Shown here one piece after another: positions 16,741 through 25,216 of a stretch of DNA of 46,000 bases. Origin of the DNA: Thermoplasmatota archaeon (GTDB lineage: Archaea; Thermoplasmatota; E2; JACPAO01; JAHFTW01); contig JBFJXH010000001.1 in the NCBI GenBank assembly GCA_041623215.1, positions 1 to 46,000 of the forward strand, given 5' to 3'. Each line of letters opens with the position of its first letter. The first letter of the stretch is position 1. The notes below the pieces were generated by a model. The model did not search any database. It worked only from the letters and a program-made list of their open reading frames with translations, and was not told the DNA's origin. A program made the position numbers and the translations under genes.

Positions 16741-17912
16741 CAGGCGCCCACCAAGGTTTCCACAATTTTGGCTCCCGCGATGTAGGTCCCGGCGACGCTG
16801 CCAAGGTTGGCAAGCGCCGTAACCAACAGGATTCGAACCACGCCGTTGCTGTAGAAATCGCGGAAGCGTTCAATTTGCTTGATGTCCTGGAAGTCCGACA
16901 CTTTCGGGCGACGGACCGTCGCTTCGGTGAGGCCTGCAAACCATCCGGCTGCAATGGCGGGGTTGAGGCTGGTGATGGGCGCCATGACGAGGGCGGTGAG
17001 GATGCTAAGAATGTGGCCCCCGGCAAGGGCCGCGCCAAGCGCAGACAGAACGCCGTTGATGAGAATCCAATGCAGGGCCACTTCCTGCAAGTCGGCATAC
17101 CGACCCGTTACCCCAAGGTAAACGAAGATGCCGATGATGAAGGCTGGCACTAGGTAGGCGAGGGCTTTGCCGACGCTGAACCGCTTCGTTGGGACTTCAT
17201 CCAGCCCAGCCCGGTTGATTGGGTCATTGGCGGCCAAGTGTCGCAGCATGCCCGGCACATGGCCCGCACCAACGACTGCAACGACGCCCGCACCTTGCGC
17301 TACGTCGGCCTGCTCGTCAACGTGGCTTGCCATGTACGCGTCGCGCTCGTCAATGAGCGCGGTCTTGACGGTGGGTGCGAAGCGAGCAAATTCTTCGGTC
17401 ATCGCGGTGATGGCGTCCGTTTCCAGCAAGGCATCCACATCGAATGCTTCGTCTTCTTGCGCCTTGGCTGGCGTGAGCAATTCCATCCACACATTCCAAA
17501 ACATGCGGAGGCGTTGCCACAGCCCCATCGAGCCAAAACCGCGCTTGAGCGTGACGGCCACGTCCCGGTCAATGAGCACCACTTCGGCCCCGATTTCATC
17601 CGCCACTTCCACTGCCTTCAGCATCTCTGCTCCCGGCGCCACCCCTGTTTCTCTTCCCATGCGGGCCTGCATGGAGGCCAGGTAAAGTTGCAGCAAGAAC
17701 AGGTGCTGCTTCTTTTGCCGGATGACTTGCACGATGTCCGTGTTTTGCCACGCCTCGGGGTCCCGGAGGGCTTCGAATCGCTTGGCATCCAATTCAATGA
17801 GGACGCGACTTGGCCGGCGTTCTCGCAGGGTCGCTTCGACCTCGGCGACGCTCGTCGGGGAAATGTGGGCCGTGCCTATGAGGACGACGCCGGGACGGGG
17901 TTCTTCAATCAC
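16740..17912 (-). CDS. TraB/PrgY-family protein with C-terminal TM domain
   Basis: Family signature VVLIGTAHISPTSVAEV...VLIELD and GAGHVPGM. C-terminal hydrophobic helices. Its stop overlaps the M50 ATG by 1 nt (TGATG). Confidence 0.85.
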   Translation of the reverse strand: MIEEPRPGVVLIGTAHISPTSVAEVEATLRERRPSRVLIELDAKRFEALRDPEAWQNTDIVQVIRQKKQHLFLLQLYLASMQARMGRETGVAPGAEMLKAVEVADEIGAEVVLIDRDVAVTLKRGFGSMGLWQRLRMFWNVWMELLTPAKAQEDEAFDVDALLETDAITAMTEEFARFAPTVKTALIDERDAYMASHVDEQADVAQGAGVVAVVGAGHVPGMLRHLAANDPINRAGLDEVPTKRFSVGKALAYLVPAFIIGIFVYLGVTGRYADLQEVALHWILINGVLSALGAALAGGHILSILTALVMAPITSLNPAIAAGWFAGLTEATVRRPKVSDFQDIKQIERFRDFYSNGVVRILLVTALANLGSVAGTYIAGAKIVETLVGA

Positions 17913-18000
17913 GCGACCAAGCGGCGCGAGCCTTGGCGGCTACTTGGGGGTATTGGGGTTGTTTCCAAAGGGCCAAGACCTGTGCTACATTGCTGGATGT

Positions 18001-19002
18001 ATGGTTTGGCCTTTTGTTACGCCCGCCGTCTTGGCCGTGGCGGTTGGCATCGGCCATGTCATGTCGAGCCGCCTACGGCCGCTACCCTCCTGGTACCGCG
18101 CCTTACAGGCCTTCTTTGTTTTCCTCCTCCTGGTTCCAGCCTTCATCATTATCCAAGACCAGATGCTAACCGCCATGGGAACCGTTCCCTATGCGGCAGT
18201 TCGCCGCACCGTGGTCGGCATGCTGGTCGTCGTTGTACTCGCCTGGATTGGCGGGCACACCATCATGCGGGGCGGCATCCCAATCATGGTGGGTGTGGCG
18301 TTTGCCGTCGGCGCACTCCTGCTCGCAAACTCCATGCCCGATGCCGCCGCCCTCCTGGCGGCCTTCGCCCTGTTTCCAATCGCTGCCGGCCTAGCAACCC
18401 AGCCACTGCGGCCGGCGGCCAACGGCGCGGTCGCCGTCGCCGGGCTTGTTGTCCTAGCGACCGCCACCATCGTCGTGGCGCCGGTAGTCTTCTTTTCGTT
18501 CGCGCTGGGTGCCGAAGTGCAGCCCGCCACGTACGAATGGGAGGCAACATGGACGCAAAGTGCCGGAACAGAAATCCTTCGCCTGCCGATCCCTGTGTTC
18601 CCGGTAGCTGCGGACACCCCCGAATCCAACCCGGACCCCGAAGCGGTCCGCCTGTGGCGTCAGGCGATTGAGGCGCAGACGGACGGGAGGCTCGACGGCG
18701 ACATTCTTGTGCTGAGCGGCGACGCCGCGCAGATGGGAGAATTGCGGGTCACCCTTGACTTATCAGACAAAGTGGCGGTATTCCCGCAGCGACCCGGTGC
18801 CAGTGGCCAAGTAACACTCGAAGGCAACCAACCCTTGGACGTCACGTGGCACCTGCGCGCCGATGCAGGACCCTGGGATTGTGGACTCGACGCAACCTGG
18901 CAGGCCAGCTTGAGGCCCGGGCGTCCGGCAACGCTTGAGGGCACCTGGCCAGCCACGGACGACGACAATGGGGCGCCGCCCGTCTGGTGCGCCATCGGAT
19001 AA
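18001..19002 (+). CDS. polytopic membrane protein with C-terminal soluble domain (hypothetical)
   Basis: Listed ORF 17722..19002 overlaps traB, so I trimmed it to the first ATG after traB (MVWPFVTPAVLAV...). It has 5-6 hydrophobic helices followed by about 160 aa. Confidence 0.6.
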   Translation: MVWPFVTPAVLAVAVGIGHVMSSRLRPLPSWYRALQAFFVFLLLVPAFIIIQDQMLTAMGTVPYAAVRRTVVGMLVVVVLAWIGGHTIMRGGIPIMVGVAFAVGALLLANSMPDAAALLAAFALFPIAAGLATQPLRPAANGAVAVAGLVVLATATIVVAPVVFFSFALGAEVQPATYEWEATWTQSAGTEILRLPIPVFPVAADTPESNPDPEAVRLWRQAIEAQTDGRLDGDILVLSGDAAQMGELRVTLDLSDKVAVFPQRPGASGQVTLEGNQPLDVTWHLRADAGPWDCGLDATWQASLRPGRPATLEGTWPATDDDNGAPPVWCAIG

Positions 19003-19019
19003 CGTTCAAACACCACACC

Positions 19020-19598
19020 ATGCGTGGCGACGCCATGGGAATCTGGCTTACCATCGGCATCATTGCCGTCGTCGCCCTCTTGGCCCTCTGGGTCATCAGC
19101 CTCTACAACAAGTTTGTTCGGGCCGAAAACCGCATCGACAATGCATGGGCGCAGATTGACGTCCAATTGCAACGGCGCGGTGAATTGATTCCTAATCTGA
19201 TCGAGACCGTGAAGGGTTACATGAACCACGAGCGCGAAACGCTCGAGTCGGTCACGAACGCGCGGGCGGCCCTCTTGTCGGCCGGCACCAATCGCGGTGC
19301 CGCCATGGCCGCTGAAGGCATGTTGGAGCAGGCACTTGGCAAGCTGTTTGCCGTCGCAGAGGCGTACCCGGACCTGAAGGCCAACACAAACTTCCAGTCG
19401 CTCCAGGAAGAATTGAGCCACACGGAGAACAAGATTGCCTTCGCCCGGCAGCACTACAATGATTCGGTGCTGGCCTTCAACAACGCCATCGAGGTGTTCC
19501 CCGCCAACCTGATTGCTAACATGGTTGGCAAGGGCGAAGAGAAGGACATGCTGGCCGCCCCGGAAGAAACGAAGGCTGTGCCCAAGGTCAGTTTCTGA
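19020..19598 (+). CDS. lemA: LemA-family protein
   Basis: N-terminal TM helix, then NRIDNAWAQIDVQLQRRGELIPNL and AEAYPDLKAN...FPANL. The start could be 18987, 19020 or 19035. Confidence 0.85.
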   Translation: MRGDAMGIWLTIGIIAVVALLALWVISLYNKFVRAENRIDNAWAQIDVQLQRRGELIPNLIETVKGYMNHERETLESVTNARAALLSAGTNRGAAMAAEGMLEQALGKLFAVAEAYPDLKANTNFQSLQEELSHTENKIAFARQHYNDSVLAFNNAIEVFPANLIANMVGKGEEKDMLAAPEETKAVPKVSF

Positions 19599-19604
19599 GG
19601 CAGC

Positions 19605-20513
19605 ATGGCCAACCGGGAAGCGTGGCTGCTGGACGAGCAGATTCGCCACAACAAGCGTGCAACCACGCGACTCTTCGTCGTGATGTTCATCATCCTGTGG
19701 GGGCTTGCTTGGGCAGTAGGCTATTTGCTCGGTTATCCACCCATCATTAGCGGCGGATTTGCCCTCATCTTTGGGGTATTCTACATTGTCACGGCCGGTG
19801 GCTTCAGCGTCGAGGCAATCCTGCGAGCGGCCCGCGCCCGGCCGGTCAACCCCGCCGATCCGCTTGAGCGCCGCCTCATTCACGTGGTGGAAGAGATGAG
19901 CATTGCGGCGGGCATCCCCGCGCCAAAAGTGTACGTCCAGGAGTCGCGAGACATCAATGCATTTGCTACCGGGCGTACCCCGGATGAAGGCGTAGTGGCG
20001 GTGACTCGTGGCGCATTGGAGCAACTCGACCGCGAGGAACTGCAAGGGGTCATTGCACACGAGCTAGGGCACATCCGGAACTACGACATACGCATCCAGA
20101 CCTACGCAATTGCCCTCATTGGCATCATTGCCATGATTGGCGAAATGGTATGGTGGAGCCTATTCTTTGGCGGGCGCCGGGGCGGCGACCGAAACATGCA
20201 CCCTGCGCTCATCGTCGTGGCCATCGCACTCATCATTCTGGCACCATTGTTGAGCCGCCTCACCTACATGGCGATTAGCCGCCAACGGGAGTATTTGGCG
20301 GATGCAACGGGCGCACATTTGACTCGCAATCCTGAAGGCTTGGCGCGGGCGCTGGCCAAGATTGGAGCCTCAGAGCCGGAAGACCACCATGGTGGTGACA
20401 AGACGGTGGCGAGCCTCTACTTTGCCAATCCGTTCAAGCGCGTCCGCAAGGAATCACTATGGGCCACCCACCCGCCCATCGATGAACGGATTCGCCGCCT
20501 TCGTCAAATGTAA
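19605..20513 (+). CDS. htpX: HtpX-like M48 zinc metalloprotease
   Basis: TM helices, HELGHIRNYD, downstream REYLADATGA. It lies 6 nt after lemA. Confidence 0.88.
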   Translation: MANREAWLLDEQIRHNKRATTRLFVVMFIILWGLAWAVGYLLGYPPIISGGFALIFGVFYIVTAGGFSVEAILRAARARPVNPADPLERRLIHVVEEMSIAAGIPAPKVYVQESRDINAFATGRTPDEGVVAVTRGALEQLDREELQGVIAHELGHIRNYDIRIQTYAIALIGIIAMIGEMVWWSLFFGGRRGGDRNMHPALIVVAIALIILAPLLSRLTYMAISRQREYLADATGAHLTRNPEGLARALAKIGASEPEDHHGGDKTVASLYFANPFKRVRKESLWATHPPIDERIRRLRQM

Positions 20514-21067
20514 GGCGAAAGAAGCGCCAATGCCGCTTCGCAGTCGAGCCCCATCACTGTGTCCCGCCGCCCCCGCAAGAGGCGCGCCGGCAACGCCTCG
20601 TCCTGAATCCCATAGCCACCCGCCTTCCCTTGCCACAGCCCCGTGGCAACATAGGCGCTAATGGCGTCGGGCGTCAAGGACGCCATGAAGACTTCCGAGC
20701 TTGACGCCCGGTCGGCCAGGAGTTTCCCTTGGCATGCCACCGCCATGCCTGTGTGGACGAAGTGGCTTCGGCCCGCGAGGCTTTGCAGCATGTCAGTTGC
20801 CTCGGCGCCGTCAGCAGGCTGGCCCAGAACGGACGCATCGAGGGCAACGAGGGTATCGGCGGCCAGCACCACCTCTTCGGGGTAGTCTCCACTGACGGCC
20901 AGGGCCTTGCGCCGGGCGAGCTCGAGAACAATCTGCTCTGGCGCCTCTACACCCTGCGTCGGCGTTTCGTCCACGTTGGCTGCTACAACCCTGAATGAAC
21001 CGCCTGCCGCTCTCAGCAAGTCGGCCCGCCGTGGCGAGGCGGAGGCGAGAATGACGCGGCGTGTCAC
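20504..21067 (-). CDS. maf: Maf-family nucleoside triphosphate pyrophosphatase
   Basis: VILASASPRRADLL and GKAGGYGIQD. Its start overlaps the gatE stop by 4 nt. Confidence 0.88.
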   Translation of the reverse strand: MTRRVILASASPRRADLLRAAGGSFRVVAANVDETPTQGVEAPEQIVLELARRKALAVSGDYPEEVVLAADTLVALDASVLGQPADGAEATDMLQSLAGRSHFVHTGMAVACQGKLLADRASSSEVFMASLTPDAISAYVATGLWQGKAGGYGIQDEALPARLLRGRRDTVMGLDCEAALALLSPYI

Positions 21068-23061
21068 AGGACCTTCTGAATGGCATCCTTGAGGGCGGCA
21101 CTCACTTTGGCACCGTCAGCCTTGCCACGAAGCTCAGCCATGACCGGTCCCATGAGCGGCCCCATCGCAGCCATGCCACGTTCCTTGACGAAGTCCGCCC
21201 GGTCCTGAACTACCCGTTCGACAATGGCTACCACTTCATCCTCCCCTGCGGCCGTGGCACCTGCTACCTCGATGGCCGCGGCCATGTCCAGGGCGGGATT
21301 GTCGTCGAGCGCACGCAGAAGATCCGGGATCGCTTCCTTCGCAAACAGTCCCTTGCCGAGGGCTTCAGCCACTGCGGGCACATGGGATTTGACGCGCTCG
21401 GCATTGACCAACTCGGGCAGGAATTGCAAGAGAATGCGCGCTGCAAGGTTGCCGTCAACGCCTCCTTTCAGCCAGGCGTCGTAGTCCGCCACGTGGCCGT
21501 CCGCCACCAATTGGCCTGCGAGGTCCGCGCTGATGCCGGTCGCGGTCAAGCGGGCCACCGCCTCCTCGGGCCGCTCTGGGAGGTTGTCCAGAACCGTTGC
21601 CCATTGCTCGTCGGTAATGCGAGTCGGAGGAACGTCGGTCTCAGGATACATGCGTGCCGCGCCGGGCAGGGGGCGCATGTAGCGCGTGGAATCGTCGGGC
21701 TGCGCTGCCCGGACGGCGCGACCAGCACCTCGTAAAGCGTCGCGGGCGGCATCGGCAACCGCTTCCAACGCGGCTGTGGCCGTCGTGCTGTCCTCAACGC
21801 AGAGAACAAAGGCATCGTCGTCCTGTAAGTCCAGCTGTGTCCGGACTCGTTCGACCTCGGCGTTTGTAATGCCGTACGCGGGCAATTCGTCGGAGTGGAA
21901 AACGCCCTTGACGCCGGCTCGGACCTTGGCGTGGTCGGCAAATTCGCGGCCCAGCCGGGGGCCATCCTTACTCGCCCCTTGGATGAGTCCAGCCCACTTT
22001 GGCAGAGCCAACGCCATGACTGTGCCGCCGCGTTTCAGAAAGCCGACGACGACCTTCGACTCGCAGGTGGCAAACGCCGCGCCCACATCTACTGGCGCGC
22101 CCACGTCCGCGGCCTCGAAACCGCGTTCGTGGAGCGTCAGGCGCACGTAGTGGAGCCACAATTGGCGCCGCACTTCCTGCTCAATGACGCGGGGAACGGC
22201 TCGAATGTCTTGGCAGCCCTTGATTTCGACGCGGTCCCCGACGGCAATGGAGACGTTGAGGTCCTGCCGAATGGTACCAAGACCTCGTCGAACGCGCCCG
22301 GTCGCACGCAGCAGGCCGCCAATGCGACGAGCCGTCGCTTGTGCATGCAGCGGGTCTTCAATTTCGGGCGCCGTAGCAATCTCCATGAGTGGAATGCCAA
22401 GGCGGTCCAATGTGAAGGTGGTGACCCCGCCTTCGTCGTCGAGCTTGCGGGCACTGTCTTCCTCAACGGCTATGGTCCAAACGCCGACGGCCTTGTAGTC
22501 AACTGGGTCGATGGAGCCGCCAGTAGCTACAAGCGCGGTGCGTTGAAAGCCGCTGGTATTGCTGCCATCGATCACGGTTTTTCGCATGGTGTGGACCTCG
22601 CGGGCAGGATGGCCGCCCACAAGCCCGGTGAATTGTAGCGTAACATCGAGCGCGTCCACGTCCATGGGGTGGGGGGGCTCCTCATCGAGCTCAACGAGGC
22701 TCGTGGTGCCTTCGATGGCGAGGTAGCGAAAAGTTCGCCGCCGCTTCGCTTCCGCCAGCGCGGCGGGGTCCGTTTCTCCAAGCTCCGACTGTGTGGCTCG
22801 CAGGCGCCGGGTGACCGAACCGCTTGTGCGTGCCTTGACATCCTCTGGGTCAACCACGTCACTGGCGCAGGGGCTGAACAGCTTCCCCGTGGCTAATTGC
22901 TGGTGGATTTCCAGGCCACACATGAATCCCAGGGCTGCGTAGTCGAGTTCATCGCTCGAAGTTGCAATCTGAAACGCTTCGGCCGCCGATAGATCGCTGC
23001 CAGGACGAGTGTTGGATGCGGCGGAGGCGCCTTGGCCACCGCCGTTAGCTGCACCGCTCAA
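21064..23061 (-). CDS. gatE: Glu-tRNA(Gln) amidotransferase subunit E
   Basis: DYAALGFMCGLEIHQQLATGKLF and a C-terminal YqeY-like tail. The listed 867-aa ORF overlaps gatD with an Arg-rich shadow. I place the start at in-frame TTG 23061 overlapping the gatD stop (TTGA). The start is uncertain. Confidence 0.88.
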   Translation of the reverse strand: MSGAANGGGQGASAASNTRPGSDLSAAEAFQIATSSDELDYAALGFMCGLEIHQQLATGKLFSPCASDVVDPEDVKARTSGSVTRRLRATQSELGETDPAALAEAKRRRTFRYLAIEGTTSLVELDEEPPHPMDVDALDVTLQFTGLVGGHPAREVHTMRKTVIDGSNTSGFQRTALVATGGSIDPVDYKAVGVWTIAVEEDSARKLDDEGGVTTFTLDRLGIPLMEIATAPEIEDPLHAQATARRIGGLLRATGRVRRGLGTIRQDLNVSIAVGDRVEIKGCQDIRAVPRVIEQEVRRQLWLHYVRLTLHERGFEAADVGAPVDVGAAFATCESKVVVGFLKRGGTVMALALPKWAGLIQGASKDGPRLGREFADHAKVRAGVKGVFHSDELPAYGITNAEVERVRTQLDLQDDDAFVLCVEDSTTATAALEAVADAARDALRGAGRAVRAAQPDDSTRYMRPLPGAARMYPETDVPPTRITDEQWATVLDNLPERPEEAVARLTATGISADLAGQLVADGHVADYDAWLKGGVDGNLAARILLQFLPELVNAERVKSHVPAVAEALGKGLFAKEAIPDLLRALDDNPALDMAAAIEVAGATAAGEDEVVAIVERVVQDRADFVKERGMAAMGPLMGPVMAELRGKADGAKVSAALKDAIQKVL

Positions 23062-24332
23062 GCTGCCGCCTCCTGGCCGTACGCGCGATGGTCTGTTTCT
23101 TCGCCCATTTCGCCGGCCAAGTCTGAGCTGAAGATTCGTTCCACCTCGTCGGCCGCGTCGGTGTGTCCGAGAATCCACATCATTTTGATGTACGCAACCT
23201 CGGGCACCATCCCCTCTCCAGACAAGACGCCGAGCTTGCGAAGATCGCGCCCGGTCGAGTAAACGTTCATGTTGACCCGGCCGTGGATGCATTGGCTCGT
23301 CATGACGACGTGGGCGCCCCGCTTGATGACCGATTCGATGCCCGGGAGACAACGGCGAGCTACGTGGCCCAGGCCCGTGCCCACCAGAATGGTTGCCTTG
23401 CGAACCACGTCTTCGATGTGGTCCGGCCACAAGCCAGGGTAGCAGTAGATCATGCTCACATCTTCGTCCCATGCCGCGTCTACAATCACCGGACCGGCCG
23501 ATGCACCCTTCACGGGCCGGTCCCAGCGGAGTGTCCCGTCCACCACGTGGCCAAGCGGCAACTCGTTCACGGAGCGAAACGCATCGCGGCGACTGGTATG
23601 CATCTTTCGTACGCGTGTTGCGCGATGAATGGCAATGGCATCGTCGCTGCTGGATGCGTGCATGCAAACGACCACTTCGCCAAGGTCGGCGGTGGCCGCG
23701 ACGCGCGCCGCCGCAAGCAGATTCAGGCTGGCATCGCTGGAAGGTCGGTCGCTGGACCGTTGACTGCCAACCAGCACCACCGGGCCAGGCAAGTCCCGCA
23801 AGCAGAACGCCAGGGCTGCTGCCGTGTGCGCCATGGTGTCGGTGCCATGGGGGATGACGACGCCTCGCGCGCCGTTATTCAGGTGCCAAGCGGCACGCTC
23901 GGCGATCTGCGTCCAATGCTCGGGTTGCATGTCTTCGCTGAACATTTGGAAGACCACTTCGGCTCGGACATTGCAGATGTCCGCCAGCTCGGGTGCGGCA
24001 GCGACCAGTTCTTCCGGCTTGGTGGCCGGGTACACGCCTCCGGTGCGGTAATCCACGAAGCTTGCGATGGTGCCGCCCGTTCCCAGCACGGCAACGGTTG
24101 GCTTCGAGGGGTCCTCTTCGGGAACGAAGGTCGTCGGCGCCGGGCTTGTCTTGGTTGCCAGAACCTCGACGCGCGCTCCGGTCGCGTCCAATCCAAAGTT
24201 GTAGCCGTTCTCGAGCTTCAAGACGACCGTGTCGCTGCCTGTAAAGGCGTGGCGGGGCATGAGAATGCCCTCGAAGCGTCGGTCATCGGGCAAGGTCACG
24301 CGGACGCGGTCCCCGGGTGCAGCTTGGCTCAC
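23058..24332 (-). CDS. gatD: Glu-tRNA(Gln) amidotransferase subunit D (asparaginase-like)
   Basis: GTG start. Motifs LGTGGTIAS and HGTDTMAHTAAAL. Confidence 0.92.
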   Translation of the reverse strand: MSQAAPGDRVRVTLPDDRRFEGILMPRHAFTGSDTVVLKLENGYNFGLDATGARVEVLATKTSPAPTTFVPEEDPSKPTVAVLGTGGTIASFVDYRTGGVYPATKPEELVAAAPELADICNVRAEVVFQMFSEDMQPEHWTQIAERAAWHLNNGARGVVIPHGTDTMAHTAAALAFCLRDLPGPVVLVGSQRSSDRPSSDASLNLLAAARVAATADLGEVVVCMHASSSDDAIAIHRATRVRKMHTSRRDAFRSVNELPLGHVVDGTLRWDRPVKGASAGPVIVDAAWDEDVSMIYCYPGLWPDHIEDVVRKATILVGTGLGHVARRCLPGIESVIKRGAHVVMTSQCIHGRVNMNVYSTGRDLRKLGVLSGEGMVPEVAYIKMMWILGHTDAADEVERIFSSDLAGEMGEETDHRAYGQEAAA

Positions 24333-24353
24333 AAGCCGCCGAGCCTTGTCCGC

Positions 24354-24360
24354 TTCAAAA
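24354..24360 (-). promoter_or_regulatory. AT box (TTTTGAA on minus strand) 22-28 nt upstream of the gatD GTG
   Basis: Only AT patch in the 42-nt spacer. Confidence 0.35.
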
Positions 24361-24374
24361 GAGGGGCGGGGGTC

Positions 24375-24776
24375 TCATGCGAGGAGGCTGCGAACGAGGC
24401 GTTCGAGGTCCCCTTCTAAGCGGTCGCTTCGCTCGAGTTGGTAGTCATAGGCAACTTGCACCGTCTTCCCCGTTGCGTAGATGGTGCCTGTGTTTGCGTC
24501 CTTAATCTCGTAGTCAAAGTCCCAACTCTTGCCGCCAACGCGGCTTGTCCACATGCGAACCTGGGGGTGTGAACCCATTTTCATGGGTGCCTTGTAATCC
24601 AAGGCGGCGTGGGCGAGAATGAAGGGGAAATCCTTCTCGCTGGAGGCACCAGCCTCTTCGACGAAGAACCGCATGCGAGCGTGTTCCAGGAATGTCAAGT
24701 AGCGCGCGTTGTTAACGTGGCCCATGCCGTCCACATCTGAGAAGCGGACCTCCACCGGCACTTGGTAGGAACTCAC
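24375..24776 (-). CDS. 4HBT/YbgC-like acyl-CoA thioesterase (hotdog fold)
   Basis: VEVRFSDVDGMGHVNNARYLTFLEHARMRFF. Its start overlaps the HIT stop by 4 nt. Confidence 0.8.
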   Translation of the reverse strand: MSSYQVPVEVRFSDVDGMGHVNNARYLTFLEHARMRFFVEEAGASSEKDFPFILAHAALDYKAPMKMGSHPQVRMWTSRVGGKSWDFDYEIKDANTGTIYATGKTVQVAYDYQLERSDRLEGDLERLVRSLLA

Positions 24777-25195
24777 GCTAGCGCCCTCCGGATGTCATGT
24801 GCCATGTCTGCCAACTCGGTGTCACTCGGCTCGGGGCGGTCCTTGAACAAGGCGTGAACCGGGGCCCCGTTGTCGTTGCCGGTCCGGGGTACAATGTGGA
24901 GGTGAACATGGGGGACTTCTTGTCCCGCCAACGGCCCGTCGTGAATCGCCAGGGTGGCGTCCTTGGTGCCGGTGACGGCGGCCACTGCAGGTCGCACCAT
25001 TTGGGCTGCAATCATCATCGCCTCGGCGTCCGCAGGGTCGAGGTCGGCGAGCCGCTGGCCATGCACCTTGGGAATCACGAGACAATGGCCATGGGTCAGG
25101 GGGGCTATGTCGAGAAAAACCAAGGTCTGGTCGTCTTCGTACAGCTTGTGCGAAGGAATATCGCCGGCGCCGATGGCACAGAAGATGCAGTCCAC
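24773..25195 (-). CDS. HIT-family nucleotide hydrolase/transferase
   Basis: CIFC...HGHCLVIPK and histidine triad HVHLHIVPR. Confidence 0.88.
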   Translation of the reverse strand: MDCIFCAIGAGDIPSHKLYEDDQTLVFLDIAPLTHGHCLVIPKVHGQRLADLDPADAEAMMIAAQMVRPAVAAVTGTKDATLAIHDGPLAGQEVPHVHLHIVPRTGNDNGAPVHALFKDRPEPSDTELADMAHDIRRALA

Positions 25196-25216
25196 GACAG
25201 CCGCACAAGCCGCCGC

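Noticed and set aside
17238-18671. 477-aa ORF on the plus strand
   Set aside because: It is Arg/His/Pro/Gly-rich, runs antisense through traB and is out of frame through the downstream membrane protein. It is not coding.
18660-20060. 466-aa ORF on the minus strand
   Set aside because: It is antisense to the membrane-protein tail, lemA and htpX, all of which have clear family motifs. It is a shadow frame.
23062-23667. N-terminal 200 codons of the listed 867-aa gatE ORF
   Set aside because: It overlaps gatD in another frame, is extremely Arg/Gly-rich, and lies upstream of where GatE conservation begins.
23163-24419. 418-aa ORF on the plus strand
   Set aside because: It is antisense to gatD (clear asparaginase-type motifs).
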